64,000 nucleotides of DNA from Flavobacteriaceae bacterium (lineage in GTDB: Bacteria > Bacteroidota > Bacteroidia > Flavobacteriales > Flavobacteriaceae). Below are positions 44,120-52,514 of the stretch, one piece after another. The stretch is taken from assembly GCA_029243245.1 (NCBI GenBank), contig JAQWSK010000013.1, positions 16,025-80,024 on the forward strand, read 5' to 3'. Within the stretch, counting starts at the first letter, position 1; the number at the start of each line of letters is the position of its first letter. The notes beneath the pieces were generated by a model, which worked only from the letters and a program-made list of their open reading frames with translations, was not told the origin of the DNA and searched no databases. Both the position numbers and the translations under genes were made by a program.

Positions 44120-45470
44120 TAATTATTTTTTATCGCCATCTATTTTTATAGTTTTCTTACCATATTTTATGTTTTATTTTAATTATAAATTCTACATAGA
44201 AAATTTTTTAATTATTATTTCCATTTTTTTAATTGATAAATTTTTATATCAAAAACTCAAGTCAAATTATAAAATGTTAATTCTATTTATAATTAACATT
44301 TGTTTTTATTGTCTTAACGTTTATTATGATTCATTTTATATAATTCATGAGCTTAGACTAAGGTATTTTCTTTTATTATATTCTTTTACAACTTCTCTTT
44401 TTTATTTAATTATATACCTGAATAGAGATTTAATTAAAATTCATAATGTATTTTTTATAATTCTTTCAATAACCTATTTGTTTCGTTTTTCAATCGAATA
44501 TTATAATCAATTAAATTTTTCTAAAACAGAATTTCTGCAAAAAATCAAATTTAATTTTACAAAAATAAATTTGAGTGATACTGATTCAAATCATCCTATT
44601 TTATTAATTGTTTTAGACGAATATGCAGGGTCAAATGAAATATTCAACTATACTAATAATGATATTGACAAAGAATTTGATTCATCTCTTTTAGAAATGG
44701 ATTTTTTAATAAAGCCTGAATTTGAATCTAAAACAGAAAGAACAACTTTTTCTTTACCTTCTATTTTTAATTTTAATTTTCACAACAGTAAAATTGATAG
44801 TATCCAAAATTTAGATAAAGAATTTAAAAAGGTTAAAGGTTTTGATAATTTATTAGAAGACAACCTTTTAGTTGATTCATTAAATTCAAAAGATGTTAAG
44901 TCTTTTTCATATGGTTTAATGGCATTTAAAAATGGAGAACTTCCAGATTCAAATTTTTATTTCTGGTGGAATGATCAAAATCCCGATTTAAATTTCATAA
45001 GTGCCTTTTTTAGACATTCAATATTTTATTTTATTCAAAACGAATTTTTTAGAAAAAACACTTATATAGATTTATTTAGAAAAGATGCATTGAATAGTTT
45101 AGAAAAAGTTAGTTTTCAAAATCGTTCGTTTTATTATTTTCATTTGTATTTTCCACATGATCCATATTCATATTATGAAGAATACCCATATGTAGATTTA
45201 AATTACCCTATAATATCAGAAGAAAAATATCTTAATGAATATATTAAATACAGAAGATGGTTTTTGTCAAAGTTTGAGAAAATATTAAAAAATAAGAAGT
45301 TTGAAAATACAAGAATAATAATTGTAGGTGACCATGGATTTAGACATCATAAAGATTTCAACTCCTTAAACACGACTGGATATTTCAAAGGATTTAAAAG
45401 TGAAGATCTTGATAAGATTAAAAGCGTACAAGATTTAGGTTATTTGATTAACTCTTCGTTTAAAAAATGA
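44106..45470 (+). CDS. Polytopic membrane protein with an alkaline-phosphatase-superfamily (sulfatase/LtaS/EptA-like) domain
   Basis: About 5 N-terminal TM segments, then PILLIVLDEYAG, YFPHDPY and IIIVGDHGFRH (metal-binding motifs of the AP superfamily). The start is uncertain (TTG 44106 or ATG 44169). Confidence 0.6.
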   Translation: MKKNNNYFLSPSIFIVFLPYFMFYFNYKFYIENFLIIISIFLIDKFLYQKLKSNYKMLILFIINICFYCLNVYYDSFYIIHELRLRYFLLLYSFTTSLFYLIIYLNRDLIKIHNVFFIILSITYLFRFSIEYYNQLNFSKTEFLQKIKFNFTKINLSDTDSNHPILLIVLDEYAGSNEIFNYTNNDIDKEFDSSLLEMDFLIKPEFESKTERTTFSLPSIFNFNFHNSKIDSIQNLDKEFKKVKGFDNLLEDNLLVDSLNSKDVKSFSYGLMAFKNGELPDSNFYFWWNDQNPDLNFISAFFRHSIFYFIQNEFFRKNTYIDLFRKDALNSLEKVSFQNRSFYYFHLYFPHDPYSYYEEYPYVDLNYPIISEEKYLNEYIKYRRWFLSKFEKILKNKKFENTRIIIVGDHGFRHHKDFNSLNTTGYFKGFKSEDLDKIKSVQDLGYLINSSFKK

Positions 45471-46138
45471 CTACATCTAAAATATAATTCTGATCTTTCC
45501 AGATACTTAGGCTCATAAATTTCAACTTCTTGAAAATATTTTTTTAAAAAATTTGTCAATTCTTCTTTTGATTCAAACTCATATTTGTGATGAGATATTT
45601 TCTTATTGTCCTTTCTTCGTTTGACAGTCATACCTGTAAAAGATCCACTAGTCTTTAAAGATTTAGTTACTTTTAATAAAAAAGAGGGCATATTTTCCTT
45701 TTTAAAATATTGAATTACAGCATCAGCTATAATAACGTCATATTTTTTTTTGAAATCATATAGCATGAAATCATCACAAATAAATTTTATTTTTTTGGAA
45801 GTTTTATAATAAGATAATGCATGTTTTGAACTATCTACACAGTCAATAGATTTAACTGTGTTTGAATAAAAGAATTTTGAAAAAAAACCATCTCCCGAAC
45901 CTATTTCAAGAACAACATCTCCTGGATTAATTGATTTTATGTTATGAAAGCCACGTAGCATAAAAAAATAATTTTTATCTCTAATAGAAAGATAATTCAA
46001 GTCTATTTGGTGATTAAAAAACTTTGGGACGGGTTTAATATACCACTGAACATAATACAAGATTTTATAGAAAAAGAACGTCAGTTTTGAAAACAAGATT
46101 GAAAAAATATTGAGAAAAAATAAAAGGATTATCTTCAT
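45440..46138 (-). CDS. Class I SAM-dependent methyltransferase with an N-terminal TM segment
   Basis: VVLEIGSGDGFFSKFF (motif I) and VIIADAVIQYF. Only minus-strand gene inside the locus. I prefer ATG 46138 over the TTG at 46156. Its 3' end overlaps the convergent gene by 31 nt. Confidence 0.7.
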   Translation of the reverse strand: MKIILLFFLNIFSILFSKLTFFFYKILYYVQWYIKPVPKFFNHQIDLNYLSIRDKNYFFMLRGFHNIKSINPGDVVLEIGSGDGFFSKFFYSNTVKSIDCVDSSKHALSYYKTSKKIKFICDDFMLYDFKKKYDVIIADAVIQYFKKENMPSFLLKVTKSLKTSGSFTGMTVKRRKDNKKISHHKYEFESKEELTNFLKKYFQEVEIYEPKYLERSELYFRCSHFLNEELIK

Positions 46139-46267
46139 AACTTTGTTGAATTTCAAATAAGGACTAATTGTACAAATATATAGGTATCCAGGTTAATTAT
46201 TTTTATAAAGTACAACATAAAATAATTATTAAGTTTTAGTTTGTGTAAAAAATATTATTGAAAAAAA

Positions 46268-47089
46268 ATGAAAAAATTTATAAAAAAAATCAAACTTATT
46301 AGACGACTATATGATATCTATATTGCATCTAGATATTTTAATCATAAATATTTTCAAATTATAAAATGGGCTTTTAATTCTAATGAAGATACTAACTATA
46401 CATATAACTTATCAAATAAAAACAAGCTTGAATTATTAAAGTTATTCGAGATCATTTTTAAAAATATAAATTATGAAGAAATTAAATATTATTTGGATGA
46501 AATTGAAAATGACCATGACATTATAAAAGATATTAAAACTCGAATTTTGAATTCTAAATATAAAAACTTTACCGATTTAGAAGTAAATTTTTCCAGAAGA
46601 TTAGGTTGGTATATATGTGTAAGAATACTTAAACCTAAGACAGTAGTTGAAACTGGCGTTGACAAAGGACTGGGGTCTTTAGTTATTACAAAAGCATTGA
46701 TGAAAAATAAAGAGGATGGCTGTTCTGGGTATTATTATGGGACAGACATCAATCCAGATGCGGGGTATTTATTTTCTGGCAATTATAAAAAATTTGGAAA
46801 GATTTTATACGGAGATTCAATTAAATCGTTAAAAAAAATAGAAAAAGAGATTGATTTATTTATAAATGACTCTGATCATTCTGCAGACTATGAATACTCT
46901 GAGTATCAAACAATTAGAAATAAACTTTCCAAAAATGCTATTATTCTAGGCGATAACTCGCATGTAACAGATAGACTTCTAAAATTTAGTATAGAGAATA
47001 AAAGAAACTATATAATTTTTAAAGAAGAACCATTAAATCATTGGTACCCAGGAGCTGGAATTGGAATTTCATATCCAAGAAATAAATGA
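46268..47089 (+). CDS. SAM-dependent O-methyltransferase (Methyltransf_24/CmcI-like)
   Basis: VVETGVDKGLGSLVITKA and LFINDSDHSADYE. Confidence 0.6.
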   Translation: MKKFIKKIKLIRRLYDIYIASRYFNHKYFQIIKWAFNSNEDTNYTYNLSNKNKLELLKLFEIIFKNINYEEIKYYLDEIENDHDIIKDIKTRILNSKYKNFTDLEVNFSRRLGWYICVRILKPKTVVETGVDKGLGSLVITKALMKNKEDGCSGYYYGTDINPDAGYLFSGNYKKFGKILYGDSIKSLKKIEKEIDLFINDSDHSADYEYSEYQTIRNKLSKNAIILGDNSHVTDRLLKFSIENKRNYIIFKEEPLNHWYPGAGIGISYPRNK

Positions 47090-47817
47090 AAGTATCAATA
47101 ATTACCATATCATATAATTCTGTAAACACAATTCAGGGAACATTAGAATCTGTCTTAAATCAAACTTATAAAAACATAGAGCACATTGTGATTGATGGTA
47201 ATTCAAATGACAATACTGTAAGTATTTGCAAAAACTATTCTCATTTATTTAAAATAATTTCAGAGAAAGATAAAGGAGTTTATGATGCTTTTAATAAAGG
47301 TTTAAAAATAGCCAGTGGTGACATAGTAGGGTTTTTAAATTCAGATGACATATTTTATAATATAGACTCTCTAAAAACTATAGTAGATGAATTTGATACA
47401 AATACTGATGCTGTTTTTGGAAACTTAAAGTTTTACAATAAAAAAAATAAAGTTATTAGGAAATGGATTTCAAAACCGTATAAAAAAGGTGCGTTTGAAA
47501 GGGCTTGGATGCCTCCGCACCCAACATTTTATTGTAGAAAGAGTATTTATAATGAGCTTGGCTTTTACAATGACTCATTTAAAATTGCAGGAGACTTTGA
47601 ATTAATGTTAAGGTTCATTGAATTAAATAATATTAAAACTAAGTTTATTAATAAAAACTTAATTAAAATGAAGGCTGGAGGAATAAGTAATTCGGGTTTA
47701 ATAAGTAAAATAAAAATTTTAGAAGAAGAGTTTAAGGCTTTTAAAATTAACAAAATAAGCTTAAACAAATTCTTTTATATTATCAATAAAGGCTTTAAAA
47801 TAAAGGAGTTTTTATGA
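47086..47817 (+). CDS. Glycosyltransferase family 2 (WcaE-like short form)
   Basis: KVSIITISYNSVNTIQGTLESVLNQTY, VIDGNSNDNT and GFLNSDDIF. Confidence 0.8.
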   Translation: MKVSIITISYNSVNTIQGTLESVLNQTYKNIEHIVIDGNSNDNTVSICKNYSHLFKIISEKDKGVYDAFNKGLKIASGDIVGFLNSDDIFYNIDSLKTIVDEFDTNTDAVFGNLKFYNKKNKVIRKWISKPYKKGAFERAWMPPHPTFYCRKSIYNELGFYNDSFKIAGDFELMLRFIELNNIKTKFINKNLIKMKAGGISNSGLISKIKILEEEFKAFKINKISLNKFFYIINKGFKIKEFL

Positions 47818-47849
47818 TTGTATTATCTTTAATAAAATTATAAATCATA

Positions 47850-48734
47850 ATGAAAGGTATAATTTTAGCGGGTGGAATGGGATCTAGATTATTTCCTGTG
47901 ACCAAAGGTGTTTCTAAGCAGTTATTACCTGTGTATGATAAGCCTATGGTTTATTATCCTCTATCTGTTCTTATGCAAGCTGAGATAAAAGAAATTCTTT
48001 TAATAAGTACCCCTCAGGACTTGGGCCAATATCAAAGACTTCTTGGAGACGGAAGTCGATGGGGTATTAACTTGAGTTATCTAAAACAGGATAAACCAAA
48101 TGGATTAGCTGAAGCTTTTATTATTGGAGAAAATTTTATTAAAAATGATTCAGTATGTTTGGTTCTTGGAGATAATATTTTCTATGGATCCGATTTAATT
48201 AGCCATCTAAAATTTGCAATTAATCAAATAAATGAAAGTCAAAAAGCAACAGTTTTCGGTGTTAAAGTAAAAGACCCTCAAAGATATGGTGTAATAAGCT
48301 TTGATGAGAAAGGAAATCCAAATGAAATTATAGAAAAGCCTAAAATTCCTTCAAGTGATTATGCTGTGGCTGGATTATATTTTTATCCAAACTCAGTAAT
48401 TGAAATTGCAAAAACAATTAAACCTTCGGATAGAGGTGAGCTTGAAATAACTTCAGTTAATCAAATTTATTTAAATAAAAAAAAACTTTGTGTTGAAAAG
48501 TTAGACAGAGGTTTTACTTGGTTGGATACTGGGACTCACGAGTCCTTATTAGAAGCTAGTCAGTTTATTCAGACAATTGAAAAAAGACAAGGCTTAAAGG
48601 TTGGTTGTTTAGAAGAAGTAGCATTTCAAAACGGATGGATTTCAAAACAATTGTTGATTAAAACAGCTAATTCATTTAAAAACACTGGGTACGGAGAATA
48701 TCTAATAAACAAATATTCTGGTAATGATAATTGA
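47850..48734 (+). CDS. rfbA: Glucose-1-phosphate thymidylyltransferase
   Basis: KGIILAGGMGSRLFPVTKGVSKQLLPVYDKPMVYYP. Confidence 0.92.
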   Translation: MKGIILAGGMGSRLFPVTKGVSKQLLPVYDKPMVYYPLSVLMQAEIKEILLISTPQDLGQYQRLLGDGSRWGINLSYLKQDKPNGLAEAFIIGENFIKNDSVCLVLGDNIFYGSDLISHLKFAINQINESQKATVFGVKVKDPQRYGVISFDEKGNPNEIIEKPKIPSSDYAVAGLYFYPNSVIEIAKTIKPSDRGELEITSVNQIYLNKKKLCVEKLDRGFTWLDTGTHESLLEASQFIQTIEKRQGLKVGCLEEVAFQNGWISKQLLIKTANSFKNTGYGEYLINKYSGNDN

Positions 48735-49296
48735 GACCACCGAATTCAAAGATGTTCTAAAAATAACAACTAAATCTTTTAAAGATGATAGGGGATCTGT
48801 TCGTGAGAACTTTCGTTTGGATAAGCTTGAAAATTTTATTGAAAGAAAAATATTCTTTTGTCAAGATAATTTATCACATTCTAAAAAAGGAGTAATTAGA
48901 GGTCTCCATTATCAAACACATCCATATAGCCAATCAAAATTGGTATCTGTCATTAAAGGAGAAGTGTTGGATGTTATTGTTGACATTAGAAAGGGTTCTT
49001 CAAATTTTGGAAAGCACATTTCGTTTAAGCTTAACGAACATAATCAACAACATTTATTTATTCCGAGAGGTTTCGCTCATGGATATATCACTCTTAGTGA
49101 TGAATCTATTTTTCATTATAAAGTTGACAATTATTATAATAAGATTAGTGAGGGAAGTATAGCTTTTGACGATTTAAAACTTAAAATTAACTGGAGATTA
49201 CCAAAATCTGAATGGATTATTTCAGAAAAAGATCAAAACCACCCTGTTTTAGATAAAGCTGAGTTGTTTGATTATAATTCTAATCTATATGATTAA
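48724..49296 (+). CDS. rfbC: dTDP-4-dehydrorhamnose 3,5-epimerase
   Basis: GVIRGLHYQ and IPRGFAHGY. Confidence 0.9.
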   Translation: MIIETTEFKDVLKITTKSFKDDRGSVRENFRLDKLENFIERKIFFCQDNLSHSKKGVIRGLHYQTHPYSQSKLVSVIKGEVLDVIVDIRKGSSNFGKHISFKLNEHNQQHLFIPRGFAHGYITLSDESIFHYKVDNYYNKISEGSIAFDDLKLKINWRLPKSEWIISEKDQNHPVLDKAELFDYNSNLYD

Positions 49297-50146
49297 TGTT
49301 TTAGTAACAGGTGGTAATGGTCAAATGGGAAGATGCCTAGATCATATAAAGTCTAAACATTCTTCTATTAAATTTCTTTTTTTAAGTAAAGATAAATTAG
49401 ACATTACAATTTATAAATCACTTTTAAACTTTATACAAGAGCATGAAGTAGATGTTATAATTAATTGTGCTGCTTATACAAAAGTAGATAAAGCAGAAGA
49501 GGAGCCTGCTAATGCAAAAATAATTAATGTTTTAGGAGTAAAAAACTTAATAAAAATTTCAGAAACATTTCATATTAAATTAATTCATATTTCCACTGAT
49601 TATGTTTTTGATGGTTATAGTGTAAACAATTTAAAAGAAGAAGATAAAACAAACCCTCTTGGAGTTTATGGAAAAACTAAACTTGAAGGAGAAAATCTAG
49701 TTTTAGATTCAAATTCAGAAGCAATAATTATTAGAACGTCATGGTTATTTAGTCCATTTGGAAATAATTTTGTTAAGACAATTTTAAAACGATCTCATTT
49801 AAAACAAAAGATCTCAGTAATAAATGATCAACGGGGAAAGCCAACATATGGTATAGATTTAGCCGAAACAATTATTAAATTAATCCATTCGTCAAAGTCA
49901 TTTAAAAATAAAATTTATCATTTTTCAAACAAAGGAGTTACTACTTGGTATGATTTCGCAAAATCTATAATTAAATTAAGTGGATCGAAATGTGATTTGG
50001 CTCCCATTAAAACTGAAAACTACCCCTTAAAAGGATTAAGACCAAAAAATTTAGATTTGAACACTGAGCTTATTGAAACTACTCTTAACTTGCAAATTCC
50101 TAATTGGAAAGACTCTCTAAATGAGTGCTTAAAAATGATTAAATGA
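49289..50146 (+). CDS. rfbD: dTDP-4-dehydrorhamnose reductase
   Basis: MINVLVTGGNGQMG and YGKTKLEGE. I place the start at ATG 49289 (8-nt overlap with rfbC) rather than 49268. Confidence 0.85.
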   Translation: MINVLVTGGNGQMGRCLDHIKSKHSSIKFLFLSKDKLDITIYKSLLNFIQEHEVDVIINCAAYTKVDKAEEEPANAKIINVLGVKNLIKISETFHIKLIHISTDYVFDGYSVNNLKEEDKTNPLGVYGKTKLEGENLVLDSNSEAIIIRTSWLFSPFGNNFVKTILKRSHLKQKISVINDQRGKPTYGIDLAETIIKLIHSSKSFKNKIYHFSNKGVTTWYDFAKSIIKLSGSKCDLAPIKTENYPLKGLRPKNLDLNTELIETTLNLQIPNWKDSLNECLKMIK

Positions 50147-51150
50147 GTAATTATAAGAAAAACATATTAATTACAGGAGGCGCAGGCTTTATTGGATCCC
50201 ATCTAGTAATTCAATTAGTAAAAGAGTATTCCGATTATAGAATAATTAACATTGATTCATTAACATATGCTTCTAATATTAAGAATTTAGTTGATATCGA
50301 AAAATCATCAAATTATGTTTTTGAAAAGATTGACATTAGAGATAAAAAATCAATTTATGAAGTTATAGTTAAATATGATATTGATAATATAATACATTTA
50401 GCTGCAGAATCTCACGTTGACAATTCAATCAAAGAGCCTTTAGAGTTTGCAAAAACAAATGTAATAGGGACTTTAAATCTTTTAGAATCAGCAAGAGAAT
50501 TATGGAAAAATGATTTTTCGAATAAATGTTTTTATCATGTATCTACAGATGAGGTATATGGAAGTTTAGGCCAGCAGGGATCGTTCTCTGAAACAACAGC
50601 CTATGATCCAAGATCACCATATTCTGCATCTAAAGCCTCCTCAGATCATTTTGTTAAAGCTTATTTTCACACATATAAAATACCAATAATTATTTCAAAC
50701 TGCTCAAATAATTATGGCCCTAATCAGCATTCAGAAAAACTCATACCACTTATGGTAAGTAAAATTTTCAAAAATGAAAGCTTACCAATTTATGGTGACG
50801 GAAAGAATATAAGAGATTGGCTTTTCGTGAAAGATCATATTTATGCGATTGATTTAATTTTTCATAAGGGAAAAAAAGGTGAGACTTATAATATTGGAGG
50901 AAACAATGAATTAAATAATATTGACCTTGTAAATAAAATAATATTTGAGGTAGATGCAGCTCTTGAAAGGCCATTTGGCTCCTCAAAAAAATTAATTTCC
51001 TTTGTAGCCGACCGAAAAGGCCATGATTTTAGATATTCCATCGACTCTTCTAAATTAAAAAATGAATTAGGATGGATTCCCAGAATATCATTTGAAAAAG
51101 GACTGCAATTAACAGTAGAATGGTACCTTAAAAGTCTAAAAAGAAATTAA
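50143..51150 (+). CDS. rfbB: dTDP-glucose 4,6-dehydratase
   Basis: ILITGGAGFIGSH and YSASKASSDHF. ATGA overlap with rfbD. Confidence 0.92.
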   Translation: MSNYKKNILITGGAGFIGSHLVIQLVKEYSDYRIINIDSLTYASNIKNLVDIEKSSNYVFEKIDIRDKKSIYEVIVKYDIDNIIHLAAESHVDNSIKEPLEFAKTNVIGTLNLLESARELWKNDFSNKCFYHVSTDEVYGSLGQQGSFSETTAYDPRSPYSASKASSDHFVKAYFHTYKIPIIISNCSNNYGPNQHSEKLIPLMVSKIFKNESLPIYGDGKNIRDWLFVKDHIYAIDLIFHKGKKGETYNIGGNNELNNIDLVNKIIFEVDAALERPFGSSKKLISFVADRKGHDFRYSIDSSKLKNELGWIPRISFEKGLQLTVEWYLKSLKRN

Positions 51151-51178
51151 TTTTTATATTTATCAAAAAAATAAGATT

Positions 51179-51547
51179 ATGAACACATCTGATATAGGTA
51201 AGCTTGTTTTAAGAGTCTTCTTTTCGTTATTAATGTTAACTCATGGATGGGGAAAACTAAACAGATTGTTTGCTGATGAAGTAGAGTTTGGAGATCCACT
51301 AGGAATAGGTTCTGTTCCTACACTTATTTTGGCTGTTTTTGCTGAATTTATTGCTCCAATACTTATTATAGTTGGATTTAAAACAAGGTGGATTTCATTA
51401 TTACCTATTGCGACTATGACTGTAGCAGTTCTAATAGTACATGCAAGTGACCCATTTAAAAGACAAGAATTACCATTGTTATATCTTACAGGCTTTGTAG
51501 CAATTGCTCTAATTGGTCCTGGAAAATATTCTATTGACAAAAGATAG
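51179..51547 (+). CDS. DoxX-family membrane protein
   Basis: 122 aa, 4 TM segments, LLMLTHGWGKL motif. Confidence 0.7.
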   Translation: MNTSDIGKLVLRVFFSLLMLTHGWGKLNRLFADEVEFGDPLGIGSVPTLILAVFAEFIAPILIIVGFKTRWISLLPIATMTVAVLIVHASDPFKRQELPLLYLTGFVAIALIGPGKYSIDKR

Positions 51548-51569
51548 TTATAAAAGTAGTTGTTTTTGT

Positions 51570-51599
51570 TTTGATTAATTCCTAAAAAACATATCTTTG
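51570..51599 (+). promoter_or_regulatory. Candidate Bacteroidota sigma-A promoter for rplU-rpmA
   Basis: TTTG at 51570-51573 and TATCTTTG (TAnnTTTG) at 51592-51599, with an 18-nt spacer. It sits 21 nt upstream of the rplU ATG. Confidence 0.45.
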
Positions 51600-51619
51600 C
51601 CGTCCGAAATAACATAAAA

Positions 51620-52165
51620 ATGTACGCAATAGTAGATATAGCAGGGCAGCAATTTAAAGTTGAAAAAGATCAAAAAATCTTTGTACATCGTCTAAACGAA
51701 AAAGAAGGATCAAAAGTTTCTTTTGGAAAGATTTTACTTTTAGATGATGGTAAAGATGTTAAAATTGGCGCTCCGACTGTAGATGGCGCATCTGTTGACG
51801 CTAAAGTTATTAATCATTTAAAAGGAGATAAAGTAATTATTTTCAAGAAAAAAAGAAGAAAAGGATATCGCGTTAAAAATGGACATCGTCAGTACTTATC
51901 CGAAATCCAAATTTCTAATATTTCTTCTTCGGGAAGTAAATCTGTAAAAAAAGCAGAAGAATCTAAATCAGAGCTAAAAGCCAAACCTGAAACAAAAGCT
52001 AAATCAGCTTCAAAAGCTAAACCAAAAAAAGTTTCTGAACCAAAGCTTCAAAAGCAAGATTTATCTTCTATGAGTGTTACGGAACTTAAGGTTTTAGCAA
52101 AAGACAAAGGATTAACAGGTATTTCTAAAATGAAAAAAGCAGACTTAATAAAAGCTTTAAGTTAA
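51620..52165 (+). CDS. rplU: Ribosomal protein L21 with a ~78-aa C-terminal extension (Lys-rich linker plus Rho_N/SAP-like motif)
   Basis: MYAIVDIAGQQFKVEKDQKIFVHRL...GHRQYLSEIQI is a canonical L21 core (~103 aa). It is followed by KAKPETKAKSASKAKPKK and MSVTELKVLAKDKGLTGISKMKKADLIKAL. Confidence 0.85.
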   Translation: MYAIVDIAGQQFKVEKDQKIFVHRLNEKEGSKVSFGKILLLDDGKDVKIGAPTVDGASVDAKVINHLKGDKVIIFKKKRRKGYRVKNGHRQYLSEIQISNISSSGSKSVKKAEESKSELKAKPETKAKSASKAKPKKVSEPKLQKQDLSSMSVTELKVLAKDKGLTGISKMKKADLIKALS

Positions 52166-52182
52166 AATAAAAGAAATTAATC

Positions 52183-52443
52183 ATGGCACATAAAAAAGGA
52201 GTTGGTAGTTCAAAAAACGGAAGAGAATCAGAATCAAAACGTCTGGGGGTTAAAATTTTTGGAGGTCAAGCTGCTCGTGCAGGAAATATTATAGTTCGTC
52301 AACGAGGAACTGCTCATAATCCAGGAGAAAATGTTTATTTAGGAAAAGATCATACGCTTCATGCTCAAATTGATGGCTTAGTTGAGTTTTCTAAAAAGAA
52401 AAATAATAAATCATATGTTTCTATACTTCCTTTTGAGGCATAG
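52183..52443 (+). CDS. rpmA: Ribosomal protein L27
   Basis: [24 protein letters not shown], 86 aa. Confidence 0.95.
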   Translation: MAHKKGVGSSKNGRESESKRLGVKIFGGQAARAGNIIVRQRGTAHNPGENVYLGKDHTLHAQIDGLVEFSKKKNNKSYVSILPFEA

Positions 52444-52470
52444 TAAATAGAAGTAGCTTATTAAGATAAC

Positions 52471-52500
52471 AAACCCCTCAATTGATTGAGGGGTTTCTTT
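52471..52500. terminator. Bidirectional intrinsic terminator between rpmA and ahcY
   Basis: AAACCCCTCAA-TTGA-TTGAGGGGTTT, an 11-bp stem (52471-52481 / 52486-52496), followed by CTTT. Between convergent genes. Confidence 0.7.
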
Positions 52501-52514
52501 ATTATTTAAAGAAT

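Noticed and set aside
10597-51150. The glycan locus as a mobile genomic island
   Set aside because: I saw no integrase, transposase, tRNA gene or flanking direct repeats. AT-richness of the central part is typical of serotype-variable glycan loci and is not by itself evidence of mobility.
51241-51615. 124-aa minus-strand ORF overlapping doxX and the rplU promoter region
   Set aside because: It is antisense to a DoxX-motif ORF and runs through the predicted rplU promoter. No family resemblance was seen.
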